DNA of 64,000 nucleotides from Octopus vulgaris (Eukaryota). Positions 52,650 to 64,000 of the stretch are shown here, piece by piece. The stretch spans positions 71,052,001-71,116,000 of the forward strand of contig OX597828.1 of assembly GCA_951406725.2 (NCBI GenBank), written 5' to 3'. The number at the start of each line of letters is the position of its first letter. The first letter of the stretch is position 1. The translations under genes and the position numbers were made by a program. The notes beneath the pieces are model-generated. The model was not told where the DNA came from, ran no database searches, and was given only the letters and a program-made list of their open reading frames with translations.

Positions 52650-53256
52650 GAGCAAAACAGGTTCCAGCACACAAGTTCAAATCTGAAATCTTACAAAACA
52701 ATTATGAAAACAAAATACTTTAAATTTCGTTTTCGGATTTGGTTTGCAAGATTCTTTATGTGAGTTCGTGTGTTGAAGCATATTCTGTTGTGTCTGGGGA
52801 GAGTCATTTTCTTTTTGTGCCTTATAATGTAACACACTCAATGGTAAAATTTCCACTTTTTTCTTATTTTCATTTTCCTAAAACTTTTGTTGCATCTTGC
52901 AACCTTTTCAATATTCTTGACTTTTCAAGAGTCAAAACTATTGAAAAGGTTGCAAGATGCAACGAAAATTTTAGGAAAATAAAAATAAGAAAAAAAGTGA
53001 AAATTTTACCATTGAGTGTGTTAAATTATAAGGCACAAAAAGAAAATGACTCTCCCCAGACAAAACAGAAAATACTTTAAAATTGAGTTTCATTTCCTAA
53101 TTTCCACAGAACTGCATATGGGGGGGGGGGAGTGCTGTATGTGTTTGTGAAATGTCTGTGGAATGTGTGTGAAATGTGTATAATGTGTGGAATGTATATG
53201 AAATTTGCATTTGAATGGGTATGTGGGGGTGGGGCGTGCTATGCGTTTGTAAAATG

Positions 53257-53289
<33 letters not shown>

Positions 53290-53400
53290 AGTGTGTGTGT
53301 GTGTGTGTGTGTTTAGTGTGTGTGTGTGTGTACAATGTATGTCTGACAAAATGTCTGTTTCCCCAATTCTCGTTTGAAATCTGTTTTTGCATCTTTGAAG

Positions 53401-53449
53401 GTGTTCTTCTGTTACCACACCAAGAAGATTGACTACAGTGCATTCAAAG
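53401..53449 (+). CDS. CFAP61: CFAP61 exon 21 (VFFCYHTKKIDYSAFK)
   Basis: Phase 0 to 1; K.VDY..FKA.N motif continues into the next exon. Confidence 0.85.
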
Positions 53450-53829
53450 GTGAAGTGTCTTCGTTTCATTCCATTCAGTTTAGACCTTGTTGGTGGTGGT
53501 GGTAGTGGTTGACCTCCTGTATTTGTGTTTTTGTTATTTTGTCTTGTTATTGTTTGACCCCTAACCCCCACCACCTCCACCAAGTACACCCTAAAGCAAA
53601 GCACTTTTTGATCAAAAGCATTCCAACTGTATATAGGACTACATTATCTAATGTGTCCTTCATGTGGGGGTGTAATCCAAAGTAAATTTGGTTGCTATTT
53701 CTAACAGTTTGATTGACCACATAGAGGCTTGCTTGGTGTCCCTGTTGCATTTTGTGTTTTGTGTCGTTGTTGTTGTTATTTGACATGTGTTCAGCCCTGT
53801 TTGAGCAGATTTACTGTCATAGACAATCC

Positions 53830-54745
53830 ATCCATGACCTTCCTGTATTATTCCTATGTGCAAGGAACCTGGACTCTATCATCCAATGTGTATTTTTTCT
53901 AAGATGACTAGGTGTGATTTGAGGAAGATTTTCCATCCCTGGAATGGTTCCCAAAAATCTTCTGGAAGACCTTGGACATTGGCAAGCCACACAGAGTAAG
54001 AACGAGCATTGGAACCGTATTGCCAGAGTCTGAGAAAATGGGTAGAGCAAGTGAGTTTTGAGATGGGAATTTCAAAATCAAGCTTCTATCACATTTGGAA
54101 AAGATACATTCCAAGAATTGTCTTTGCTCTCAAGGAAGACAGTCCAGACCAAAAAATAGAGTTAGGAAATCATTCTTGGCAAGATGTGTAGAAGATGTCT
54201 GCTTTCCAACAAAGATTCTTTGGAATGGTGAAGCTACATTTAAATCAAATGGCTCGTTTAATTGCCACAGCTGCATAAAACTGGGGAGCTGAGATTCGGC
54301 TTATTAAAGAGGTACAAATTGTTAATTTGCCAGGGGTAACATTTATGGTTTGGCTTATCAAAAGAATCAGTCAGACCTTTCTTTTTTGTTTATGGTACTC
54401 TGGCTGATCCCACTTACTTGAATTTGCTGTTGCAATCTATCATGCCAAGCATCGAAGAGGATATTAATAATGTTAGTTCCTACATTGATGAGATTTTGCC
54501 AAACAGGCAGATTGGAAGAAGAGATTCAGACTTCATATTATTAGGATTTTTTTTTTTATGGGAATACTTAAAAGATAAATGTTTATTGTACAAAAGCAAC
54601 AACAGCTGACAAATTGAGGACGACCATTGAACAAGAATGTGGACAAACACTGGCCAAAATGATTCTTGATGTTTGTGATTCTATTGCTTGACATTATCAG
54701 AAGTGCCTGAACCAGAATGGTCATCAGTTTGAAAACAAGCATACC
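53830..54745 (+). pseudogene. Decayed Tc1/mariner-superfamily transposase (rosa/maT-like)
   Basis: Fragments [20 protein letters not shown] and IGRR...FFLWEYLKDK, broken by stops and frameshifts. Confidence 0.65.
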
Positions 54746-55110
54746 TAAAAAAAAAATTAAATTCTCTCTTTAGATTCAATGGAATTTTGGAAATGAAAAA
54801 AGCATTTTGATAGACACTGACTTTATAATCATTCAAAATGTGTCTACATTTTCTGTTGAGGAATAGGCAATACCCTATATATGTAAATAGGGGTTGGTGA
54901 AGCTACGGATTTGTGAATCACACCTTTAAGTGATCCTTAACATCATTATAGATAGGTCTGTTGGCACAATGTAGACCTGGGGTTAAACATCATTTTTTTT
55001 TTATCACCACCACCCTCACCACCAACATGAATTTGTAACCTGGTCTGTCTGTCTCTCTCACTCTCTTTTTTTCTTTTTCAGTCTCTCTGCTATCTCTGTG
55101 CAACTGTCAG

Positions 55111-55119
<9 letters not shown>

Positions 55120-55167
<48 letters not shown>

Positions 55168-55292
55168 CTCTATCTCTCATTTTACTTCTCTCTCTCTCTC
55201 TCTCCTTCTTCTATGGTTCTTTCTCTTACTCTCTCTCTCTCTCTCTCTCTGTGATATCTCTGTTTCTCTATCTCTCATTATACTTCTCTCTC

Positions 55293-55328
<36 letters not shown>

Positions 55329-55367
55329 ATATCTCTGTTTCTCTCTTTCTCATTTTACTTCTCTCTC

Positions 55368-55416
<49 letters not shown>

Positions 55417-55434
55417 TCTGTTTCTCATTTTACT

Positions 55435-55468
<34 letters not shown>

Positions 55469-55495
55469 ATTTTACTTCTCTCTCTCTCTCTCTCC
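55120..55495. repeat. Compound (CT)n repeat forming the polypyrimidine tract of exon 22
   Basis: CT runs interspersed with repeated ctcattttactt. Confidence 0.9.
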
Positions 55496-55499
55496 TCAG

Positions 55500-55669
55500 C
55501 CATAAATGATGCCTGTCTCATCGTGGATCATAGAATCGTTATCAACAATGATTTCCACACTGTTGATCCTAACATCTGGGCAGCTGGCACCTTCACCAAA
55601 TACCAACGGGTTTTATATTCTGACAACTGGGTACATAGCAAGTTTAGCTCAAAGGAAATAGGTTGTACT
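55500..55669 (+). CDS. CFAP61: CFAP61 exon 22 (AINDACLIVDHRIVINNDFHTVDPNIWAAGTFTKY...FSSKEIG)
   Basis: Phase 1 to 0; conserved NDACL..D.R.VI...F.T.D..I.AAG..TK. Confidence 0.95.
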
Positions 55670-55678
55670 GTGAGTATT

Positions 55679-55754
<76 letters not shown>

Positions 55755-57296
55755 GTGCCTCAGTAAGTATCCATAGGCACGAGGCACACTTTTGTCATTA
55801 AATGAGAGTCCCTTGTACTACATGCCATGACAACAACAGCAGTAATGGTAATGATGATGATGATGATGTGGATTTTTTTTCAAGATGTTTAGGCCAAGAA
55901 CACAAGACTCCCCACCCCTCCTTCTTCTAAATGGGTCACCAATCTTTCAAAAGATCGATCCTCAGTGTAGCACTGGTACTCACTTCCAGCTGAGTGTACT
56001 AGAGCAGTATGAAATGGATTGCCTTGCTCAAGGAAGTCCAACCCATGCTAGCATGGAAAACGGACGTTAAACGATGATGATGATGATGAAGGAAGCTACT
56101 GAGTCCAAGAGTTGAAACCATAACCTAATAGTTGTGAGCTCAATGCTCTAACCACCTGGCCTTCACACATGCCTTGTGGCCACATACATACACACACGGC
56201 GTAGTTTATAATTAGTATGTTTGAATAAAAGTTTGGCAACAGAAGTTTGTAACATAGTAGTGCACTGAGCCCCGGCAAAGGATGACTTTTGCTTAATTAA
56301 GTGTGCCAAAAGAGTGTCAATATGGTGAATAGGGGTGCAAAAAAGTGATGATGCACGCCTTGTTGTCTCTCTCCCTAAGTAACACCATACGCAGCAAGTA
56401 AGGCATGGGTATGGTTAACGGAGAAGCTATTGCAAGCAGTAATAGGGCTTCAAAAGCTTTGACGTGATTTTTTACAATGAACCACCGCTATGGCCCTTGA
56501 CTAAAAATGCCTATTGCTCAATTGGAACTTGCAAAGAGTATGGAACATGGGTTCTTTTGCTGTAACGATGGAATGACTAAACGTTTGGCAACTGGCTTTT
56601 TTTAGGTAGCTTTACATTGGACCCTGGCATTTATTGAGCCAAAAAATGTGTCAAAAGGGAGGCTAGAGGTGCAAAACGTGTTGGTGCATGAGCCTTTTTG
56701 CTCTTTTTCCGCCCAAAATAACACATTAAGGTGTAAAACGGAGCAATTAAGGTATGAAAAAAGTTCAGCAACACAGCAACAAGGTCATTTTATGTGTATG
56801 TCCCCAATCATGCGTGCAGGTCACGGGGGTGATTTCTTCGCCATGACCTAGCTCTGACCTTGTGGACTATGTGTATAAAATTTGAGGTCAATCGGACATT
56901 GATTGTGGATTTCTATAACACACACATAGACACACAGACACACACACAAACTCAATTTTATATAGATATATATATATATGTTTGTGTGTCTGTGCTTGTC
57001 CCTCTCCTACCATTACTTGACAACCGATATTGGTGTATTTACATCCCCATAACTGAGCAGTTTGGCAAAAGAGACCGATAGAATAAGTACTAGGCTGCTT
57101 ACAAAGAATAAGTCCTGGGGTTGATTTGTTCGACTAAATACAGTCCTCCAGCATGGCCACAGTCAAATGACTGAAACAAGTTAAAGTAGAAAAGCATAAT
57201 GAGTCAGAAGAAATATTGCTGGACGTTTTGTCCACTTCACTGCCTTTGGCCCCTCGTTAATTATGACATCGTTTATTTCTACCAATTCTGGGTTAC

Positions 57297-57703
57297 TCTC
57301 TTTTACTCTTTTACTTGTTTCAGTCATTTGACTGCGGCCATGCTGGAGCACCGCCTTTAGTCGAGCAAATCGACCCCGGGACTTATTCTTTGTAAGCCCT
57401 GTACTTATTTTATCAGTCTCTTTTGCCGAACCGCTAAGTGACGGGGACATAAACACACCAGCATCGGTTGTCAAGCAATGCTAGGGGGACAAACACAAAC
57501 ACAAAAACATACACGCACACACACACATATATATATTCATATATACGACGGACTTCTTTCAGTTTCCGTCTACCAAATCCACTCACAAGGCATTGGTCGG
57601 CCCGGGGCTATAGCAGAAGACACTTGCCCAAGATGCCACGCAGTGGGACTGAACCCGGAACCATGTGGTTGGTTAGCAAGCTACTTACCACACAGCCACT
57701 CCT
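57297..57703 (-). mobile_element. SINE family A copy
   Basis: Near-identical to 17017-17427. Confidence 0.85.
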
Positions 57704-57743
57704 TTTTTTTAATCATTGTTGTTGTTGTTGTTGTCTTCCACAG

Positions 57744-57870
57744 CTGGCCAACAAAATTCTGAAGATCTTCAATCCAGTTATGCATGAGAATGAAACTAAA
57801 AACCTAGAAGAAGATGCAGAATTAGTTACGGCATACACCGAACCCAGAATCAGCAGCGCCTTGCTACCAG
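57744..57870 (+). CDS. CFAP61: CFAP61 exon 23 (LANKILKIFNP...SALLP)
   Basis: Phase 0 to 1; leads into LPGG.HYL. Confidence 0.88.
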
Positions 57871-58403
57871 GTCAATAAATTAATTAATTAATTAATTAAA
57901 AATCTTTTGATTAGGATTTAACTGGTGTTGCTGTTGCTGTTGAATTCTACTTATGTATGTGTTTGTCTGGGATGTTGAGTGTGTTGTATTGTGGTGGTGG
58001 TAGCAGTGGGAGAGGCGTCGGCAATAGCAGAGGCGGCAGAGGCGGTGGCAAATCAGAGGCGGAGGCAGCGGCAGAGGCGGTGGCAAATCAGAGGCAGAGG
58101 CAGAGGCAGAGGTGGAGGTGGCAGAGGCCGAGGTGGCGGTGGCAGAGGCAGAGGCGGAGGCGGTGGCGGTGGTGTGATTGTATTGTTTATGTGGTCTTCA
58201 GGTTGTTGAAGTCCTGGTGTTGTGAAGTCATGGCTGATATTGTGAGGCTATGATGGTTGTGAAGTTTCTGTAATTGTGAGATCGTTGGTGGATGTGTCTG
58301 TTATTAGGTGTATATTCGTATTTAGTCAACGCCAAATTAATTATTAAAGAAGACAACTGTAATCACCAATACTAATTAAGCATTGTAATTAATTAATCCT
58401 CAG

Positions 58404-58474
58404 GTGGTTTCCATTACTTAAATGTGAGCAAACCTGCTGTCATTAACGAATTCTATGACTCAACCGTACAAACT
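58404..58474 (+). CDS. CFAP61: CFAP61 exon 24 (GGFHYLNVSKPAV...)
   Basis: Phase 1 to 0; GG.HYL...KP. Confidence 0.88.
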
Positions 58475-58962
58475 GTGAGTTGATTTCTTGTTTAATTATT
58501 CTTTTTATTAATGTATGTAATTAAATTATTTTAAAGCCAGGAATGACTGTAAGTTATGGCGATTATCTCTGTGAACCATTTTATACAATTCTGGCAGACA
58601 TTAAGAAACCATTCCTAATCAAAACCATTCTCTCTACAAGGCAGACTAAGCAGAGTGTTTATTACATTTTCCTTTTATTTACCATTTGTTTGTCATTTCT
58701 TTATCTCTCTGGCAGAAGATAATCACACGGATATCTGCTCTTATTAATCCAAGACAAATTAACAATGTTTCTACACCCTGTCACCCTCCAACTCTCCATG
58801 TTTCCCAAATTATACACTAAAAACCATTTGTTGAGCCAGCAACACTGCAGCACTCCACGTCCCCTATATCAGGCAGTCCCCAACCTTTTTTTTGCAGCAT
58901 GATGGTTCCACAAATCAAGGGATCACACACACATAACAAAACACAATGAAATGCATAATATA

Positions 58963-59901
58963 CAAGGTGGTATCAAAAAGTTCCCAGACTCATTCTGTAG
59001 CACACCAACAGATGGCAGCACATGGGTGTGTGTGCCGTGAGAGCTTACAATAACCTTCATGCGGCAGTGTGCCAAATGGCATCACAGTGTTTACTTTGCA
59101 AGTTGTGAGATTTGTGTTGTTCTGGTCACGTGTGTCTGCTGCAGTCTGCGATTTTGTCATGGACTGGAACAAAGAGCCAATGTGAAATTTTGCGTTAAAT
59201 TTGGGAAGTCTGCTACACAGACATTGAGCATGCTTCAGCAAACTTACAGCAAATAGGCAGTGGGTTGTATGCAGTGTTTCGAGTGGCATGGGTGCTTCAA
59301 AAGTGGAAGAATGTCCCTGGAAGATGACGAGCGACCTGGAAGACCCCCCCTCCCCCACGAGTGTCACCCCTGGAAATGTGGAGTAAATTGATCAGATTGT
59401 GCATGAGGATCATCGGAGGAGAATCACAAACATTTTGAAGTATTTGAGGGTGGACCATTGGCAAAAGGGGTCAAATCTGTGGAGCACGAGGACTTAGATC
59501 CTTCACAATGACAATGCTCCCTGTCACCGAGTTCTCCTCACTCATGTGTTTCTCACCCAGAACAACATGCCATTGCTTCCACATCCACCCCATTCACCAG
59601 ATTTATCTCCTGCAGGTTTCCATAAGATGAAAATGCAGCTCAAGTGTTGTCGTTTTGACACTGTTGTCGAGATCCAGAGTGAATCGCAGGAAGTCCTCAA
59701 TCTGCTTATGGAAAAAAGACTTCCAGGCCAGATTCCAAAATGACAAGAACACTGGAGCCAGTGTATCACTGTGTGAAGTGACTATTTTGAAGGAGATTAT
59801 GTTAAAACTTGGCCTTCGGGCTGAAACATTTTTAAGGATTTAAGGATTTAAGTTATTTTTTATTAAACTTAACTTGTTCAGGAATTTTTGATCCTGCCTC
59901 G
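58963..59901 (+). mobile_element. Internally deleted mariner element with degraded transposase
   Basis: TIRs caaggtggtatcaaaaagttcc / ggaatttttgatcctgcctcg; EQRANVKFCVKFGKSA, HNDNAPCH and PHPPHSPDLSP (YSPDLAP-like) fragments. Confidence 0.85.
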
Positions 59902-59984
59902 TGTGTATTAATCATTCTGGACATTAAAATAAAGATGGAGAATTGTACATCTACAAAGCTTATTTATTAGTCATATATATTTCT

Positions 59985-60205
59985 TTACTACCCACAAGGG
60001 GCTAAACATAGAGGGGACAAACAAGGACAGACAAATAGATTAAGTCGATTACATTGACCCCAGTGCATAACTGGTACTTAATTTATCGACCCCGAAAGGA
60101 TGAAAGGCAAAGTCGGCCTTGGCGGAATTTGAACTCAGAACATAGAGACAGACGAAATACCGCTAAGCATTTCGCCCAACGTGCTAACGATTCTGCCAGC
60201 TCACC
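59985..60205 (-). mobile_element. SINE family C copy
   Basis: Reverse complement of 32893-33130. Confidence 0.8.
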
Positions 60206-60790
60206 ACCCTTTATTTATTACAGTCATATATATATGGCGGTGCCCCAGCATGGCCACAGCTCAGGAGCTGAAACTGGAAAACATAAACATAAAACATAAA
60301 TATATATACAATACATTCTCTTTAAACCATTATCTGACATGTGTTTCTACTGCATAGACATCCTAGGATGTGGCACCCAATAGTGTCCTGTTGGCTCAGT
60401 TGCATTATGACTTCATCCAAGATAAACATATCCATGCAGCTTTATTCAAGGTGTTCCTGTCACAAGTCTTTGAAGCAAACTAAATTAGAAGGAATGTTGA
60501 TTGTAATTAATTATTACAAACATAATGCAGAAACACCTGGAAGACTGTGGATAGCCAAGAAAATAGAAATAAAACCTTAAAAGCTATTCTTTCTGTGCAT
60601 CCTGGTGCCATTTATGTGTGGTCTGGAACGGGTCCGCAGTCCTGTTGGTCGGTGCCCCCTGTTCTGTGTTACACCATTATAATGTCCTTGTGAAGTGACA
60701 TGCTACCTACTTTTATCTTGCAAAACACTAACATAAATGTAAATCTTGTTCTGTCTCGACTGATGATGAAGTTTATTTGTTTTGTTATAG

Positions 60791-60895
60791 GGTTATGTTT
60801 TAAAAACTGGCAAGCCCACAGACCCTTGCGGCTATTTCGAAGTTTTCCTCAACCGGTATAAACAAGTTGAAACCATCATTTGTCTTAGAAAGGAA
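60791..60895 (+). CDS. CFAP61: CFAP61 exon 25 (GYVLKTGKPTDPCGYFEVFLNRYKQVETIICLRKE)
   Basis: Phase 0 to 0; TG....GYF...N.Y..VETI.CL. Confidence 0.92.
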
Positions 60896-61922
60896 GTAAG
60901 TATAATCCCACTTGATATAAGTTGAGATTAATGATGCTATTAACTACACACTACATCTGGTGTTATCTGGGACATTTGGGTTTTCTGGGATTTCTCGATT
61001 ATCTGAGATATCTGGTACATAATGCACCACCAAGAATTTTACTTTTCAGACGTATGCATAAATAAGGCTGTGTGGTTAATTAGTTCACTTTACAATCACA
61101 TGGTTCTGGGTTCAATCCCACAGGAAGGTACCTTTGACAAGCATCTTCTACCAGAGCACCAATATGACCCAAGTCCTATGAATGTAATTGCATAGAAGAC
61201 GGAAACTGTAAGGAATCTCATTAGATGAACTCTCTGTTTTTAGGTCAGAGGCTTAATACGGTTCTTAGTTCCTTTTGCAGATTGCCCTCTGATGCAGGGA
61301 TCATTCAATACATTAATGTACTGATTCTTACAGCAGTAACCTCTAAAACTTTCCCTATTAGTCCACAAGTCTCAGAAACCCTGAAAAGGTCAAAGGCCAC
61401 TGCCTGTTGCTATTTGGATGAAGCACCTTAAAAATACAAAATGTATAGAAAATATTAAAAAAAAAAACCCTTACCTCTGAGTGTTTCAACTTCATTGATT
61501 GAATTCAGAATTGAGTTGTTAACATGGTGGCCTCCCCTCCTTTGTACTTGGTCAAAGTCTTGAGCTCATCAGCAAAATATATCCTCATTGTGTCTTCTCT
61601 ATAAGTATTTCTATGGCCATTACTCTGATAAACTTTCTCTTTGAGTACCTTCTTTGTTGAGTTTCTTGTTACTGGGAGCTTCCTGTTGTTGAGCTCCCTT
61701 TTGTCTCTTTCTATTCTAATTGCTTCTTCCTTGAACAGTAGCATCTTGTTTTCCTCTGGTCTACAATACTCAGCCCTTTTATCAATCGACATCTTTTGAA
61801 TTTGATGTCCCCTTTACCTTTTTTGTCATTCCTTACATTACAGTAATCTCAAGCCTTGTTTGGGACCAAATTGTTTTACGAAAAATAGAAAGAAACTAAT
61901 TTTTTTGCCATATTGGTTTCAG

Positions 61923-62026
61923 CCTTTTGCAGCCAGCAACTTTGTGGAATTGTATGGAGTCCATGAATCCATCCTAAACAACATGTTGCAGCGTTATGAG
62001 GAAGGCTTGATTAAGGATTTCTTCAG
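61923..62026 (+). CDS. CFAP61: CFAP61 exon 26 (PFAASNFVELYGVHESILNNMLQRYEEGLIKDFF)
   Basis: Phase 0 to 2; LYG.HE..LNN...R..EGLI.D. Confidence 0.95.
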
Positions 62027-62619
62027 GTGAGTTTCTTCTATATTCTGTGTGTGTGTGTATGTGTATCTTTGTGTCTGTGTTTGTCCCCCCCCCCCATCCC
62101 ATCATCGCTTGACAACTGATGTTGGTGTATTTATGTCCCCGTAACTTAGCGGTCTGGCAAAAAGAGACCGATAGAATAAATCCTGGGGTCGATTTCTTCA
62201 ACTAAAAGGCAGTGCTCCAGCACTGAAACCAGTAAAAGAGGTGTTGATGTGGAATGTCTTGTCACAGACGATACTATACAATATGGGTGAAGGCACATGG
62301 CTTAGTGGTTAGGGTATTCGGCTCCCAGTCATAAGGTTGTGAGTTCAGTTCCCAGTGGTGTGTTGAGTCCTTGAGCAAAACACTTCATTTCACATTACAG
62401 TAAGTAATACTGTAAGTAACCACAGCTGGCAAAAATGAGTTGCACTTGTAATTTCAAAGGGGCCAGTTTAGTCATAGTCTGTGTCCTGCTGAATCCCCCT
62501 GAGAACTGTGTTAAGGATACATGTTTCTGTGGAATACTCAACCCCTTTCACTTTAATTTCACAAGCAGGGCATTCCTATTGACTGGATCAACTGAAGCCC
62601 TTGTGTTACTCAATATAAT

Positions 62620-63120
62620 CAGCCTTGCCTATACGCCTCCTACACTTCCCTTAATTCTTATACTTATTGCTGCCTATACATTAACCTATACATTTTTATC
62701 TGCCTATGCTCCAACTTATAAATTACATCTAAGGAAACACCAACCTGTAATTTTTCCCTGCTTACCAAGCTGTGTATTATATTTGCCTATATATCTGTCT
62801 ATACACAACTTATAAATTACATCTGCCTATAAATCAATTTAGATCTTATATCTGCCTATGCACCAACTTATAAATTTTATCTGCCTACCAAGCTGTATAT
62901 TAAATCTACCTATACACAACCCATAAATTATAACCCATGCTAGCATGGAAAGCGGACGTTAAACGACAATGATGATGACGATGATGATGATGATGATTTG
63001 TCTATAAATCAATTTATATATTATATCTACCTATACACAACCTATAAACTATGCCTACCTATACACCAGCCTATAATTTTACATCTGCCTATACACCAAC
63101 CTATAAATTTTACCTTCCTA
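62620..63120. repeat. Degenerate ~30-bp tandem repeat (tctgcctatacaccaacctataaattaca)
   Basis: Visible periodicity before exon 27. Confidence 0.75.
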
Positions 63121-63132
63121 TCCACCATCTAG

Positions 63133-63223
63133 TTTCTTCATGGAACCGTACTGTCTGCCAATCTACCATGATCGTTTTAAAGACATACGACAAGAAATCC
63201 GTCAAGTAATTTTGGACGAGAAG
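63133..63223 (+). CDS. CFAP61: CFAP61 exon 27 (FFMEPYCLPIYHDRFKDIRQEIRQ...)
   Basis: Phase 2 to 0; HDRF.D.R.E.R. Confidence 0.93.
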
Positions 63224-63922
63224 GTACGTTAAAGCCATTCTTTCTACTAAATCTATGTGTTTTTTCTTCTACCAACCTTTAAACATTTGGTTCTACATCA
63301 GATAGAAACAAGCAAAAGATAAGAGATTATGTAGATTTGAGGGCCAAGACAATTCTCACTGATTCAGTCTATTTAACTATAAATAGGTACAATGAGAAGG
63401 TGTGCTCACTAGCATAAAGAACAAGTGCAAAATTGGATTATCAATTATTTCATCTTTATTGGACTATTTACCACAAATTACCTCAGAGACATCTAAATAT
63501 TCTGGAGACTGTTCACTCTGTCAGCTGCTGTTGAACTAAAGACAGTTGCTTGTTCAGCCAAAGAATATATGGCAGTTGTTGATGTTACATGTGGTTGGTA
63601 CATAAGACAACCAGGAATGGATATAACTTGTGTGTATGTATATGGTGTCTACTGTATACAGACTGTGTGTTTAGTGTTGCTATGTGTTGTGTGTGTGTGT
63701 GCATGTGTGTGTGTTATCGTGTAGAATTTGTGTGTTGACTATGTGTGGATATGTAATATCTTATGCTGTGAACTGTGTACTGGGTATATATAATGTATAT
63801 TGCTTACTGTATACAGTGTGTATATCATATATTGTGTATTGTATACTGGGTGTATATAATGATGTCTACTGTATTCAGTGTATGTGTGTGTGTATAATAT
63901 TATATATTGTTTATGAATGCAG

Positions 63923-63988
63923 GCAATGTGCAATATTAATGCAGAACTGAGAGAAATGCTGCAAGATTCCGATGGTGTAGCAGAAATG
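63923..63988 (+). CDS. CFAP61: Probable CFAP61 exon 28 (AMCNINAELREMLQDSDGVAEM); gene continues past window
   Basis: tgcag acceptor, ATG|gtaagt donor, open in phase 0 to 0. Confidence 0.6.
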
Positions 63989-64000
63989 GTAAGTAAATAT

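Noticed and set aside
40051-55669. Separate FAD/NAD oxidoreductase gene
   Set aside because: These exons are in frame with the CFAP61 N-terminus, and Rossmann-like domains are a known part of CFAP61.

Overview
Eukaryotic, AT- and microsatellite-rich genomic DNA. The SINE/Helitron repertoire looks like a coleoid cephalopod, probably Octopus (inference from repeat style only). Two + strand spliced genes were reconstructed by hand. The first is the last three coding exons of a SON-like splicing cofactor (end of G-patch plus complete dsRNA-binding motif, stop at 5933). The second is a CFAP61 (C20orf26) ortholog with 28 phase-consistent coding exons (18239-63988, 3417 nt, 1139 codons) that continues past the window end, with a candidate RFX X-box promoter and non-coding first exon near 12.4-12.6 kb. 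Introns hold tRNA-derived SINEs, RTE and CR1/L2 LINE fragments, non-autonomous Helitrons, MITEs, two decayed Tc1/mariner transposases and several minisatellites. Nearly all long ORFs in the supplied track are repeat artefacts. I see no clearly new gene system. The most unusual signals are structural: a near-perfect 204-bp inverted duplication bracketing one CFAP61 exon, several long intronic palindromes, an inverted repeat pair bracketing the putative promoter, a 47-bp minisatellite born inside a SINE, and a tandem array of X-box-like motifs in a ciliary gene intron.
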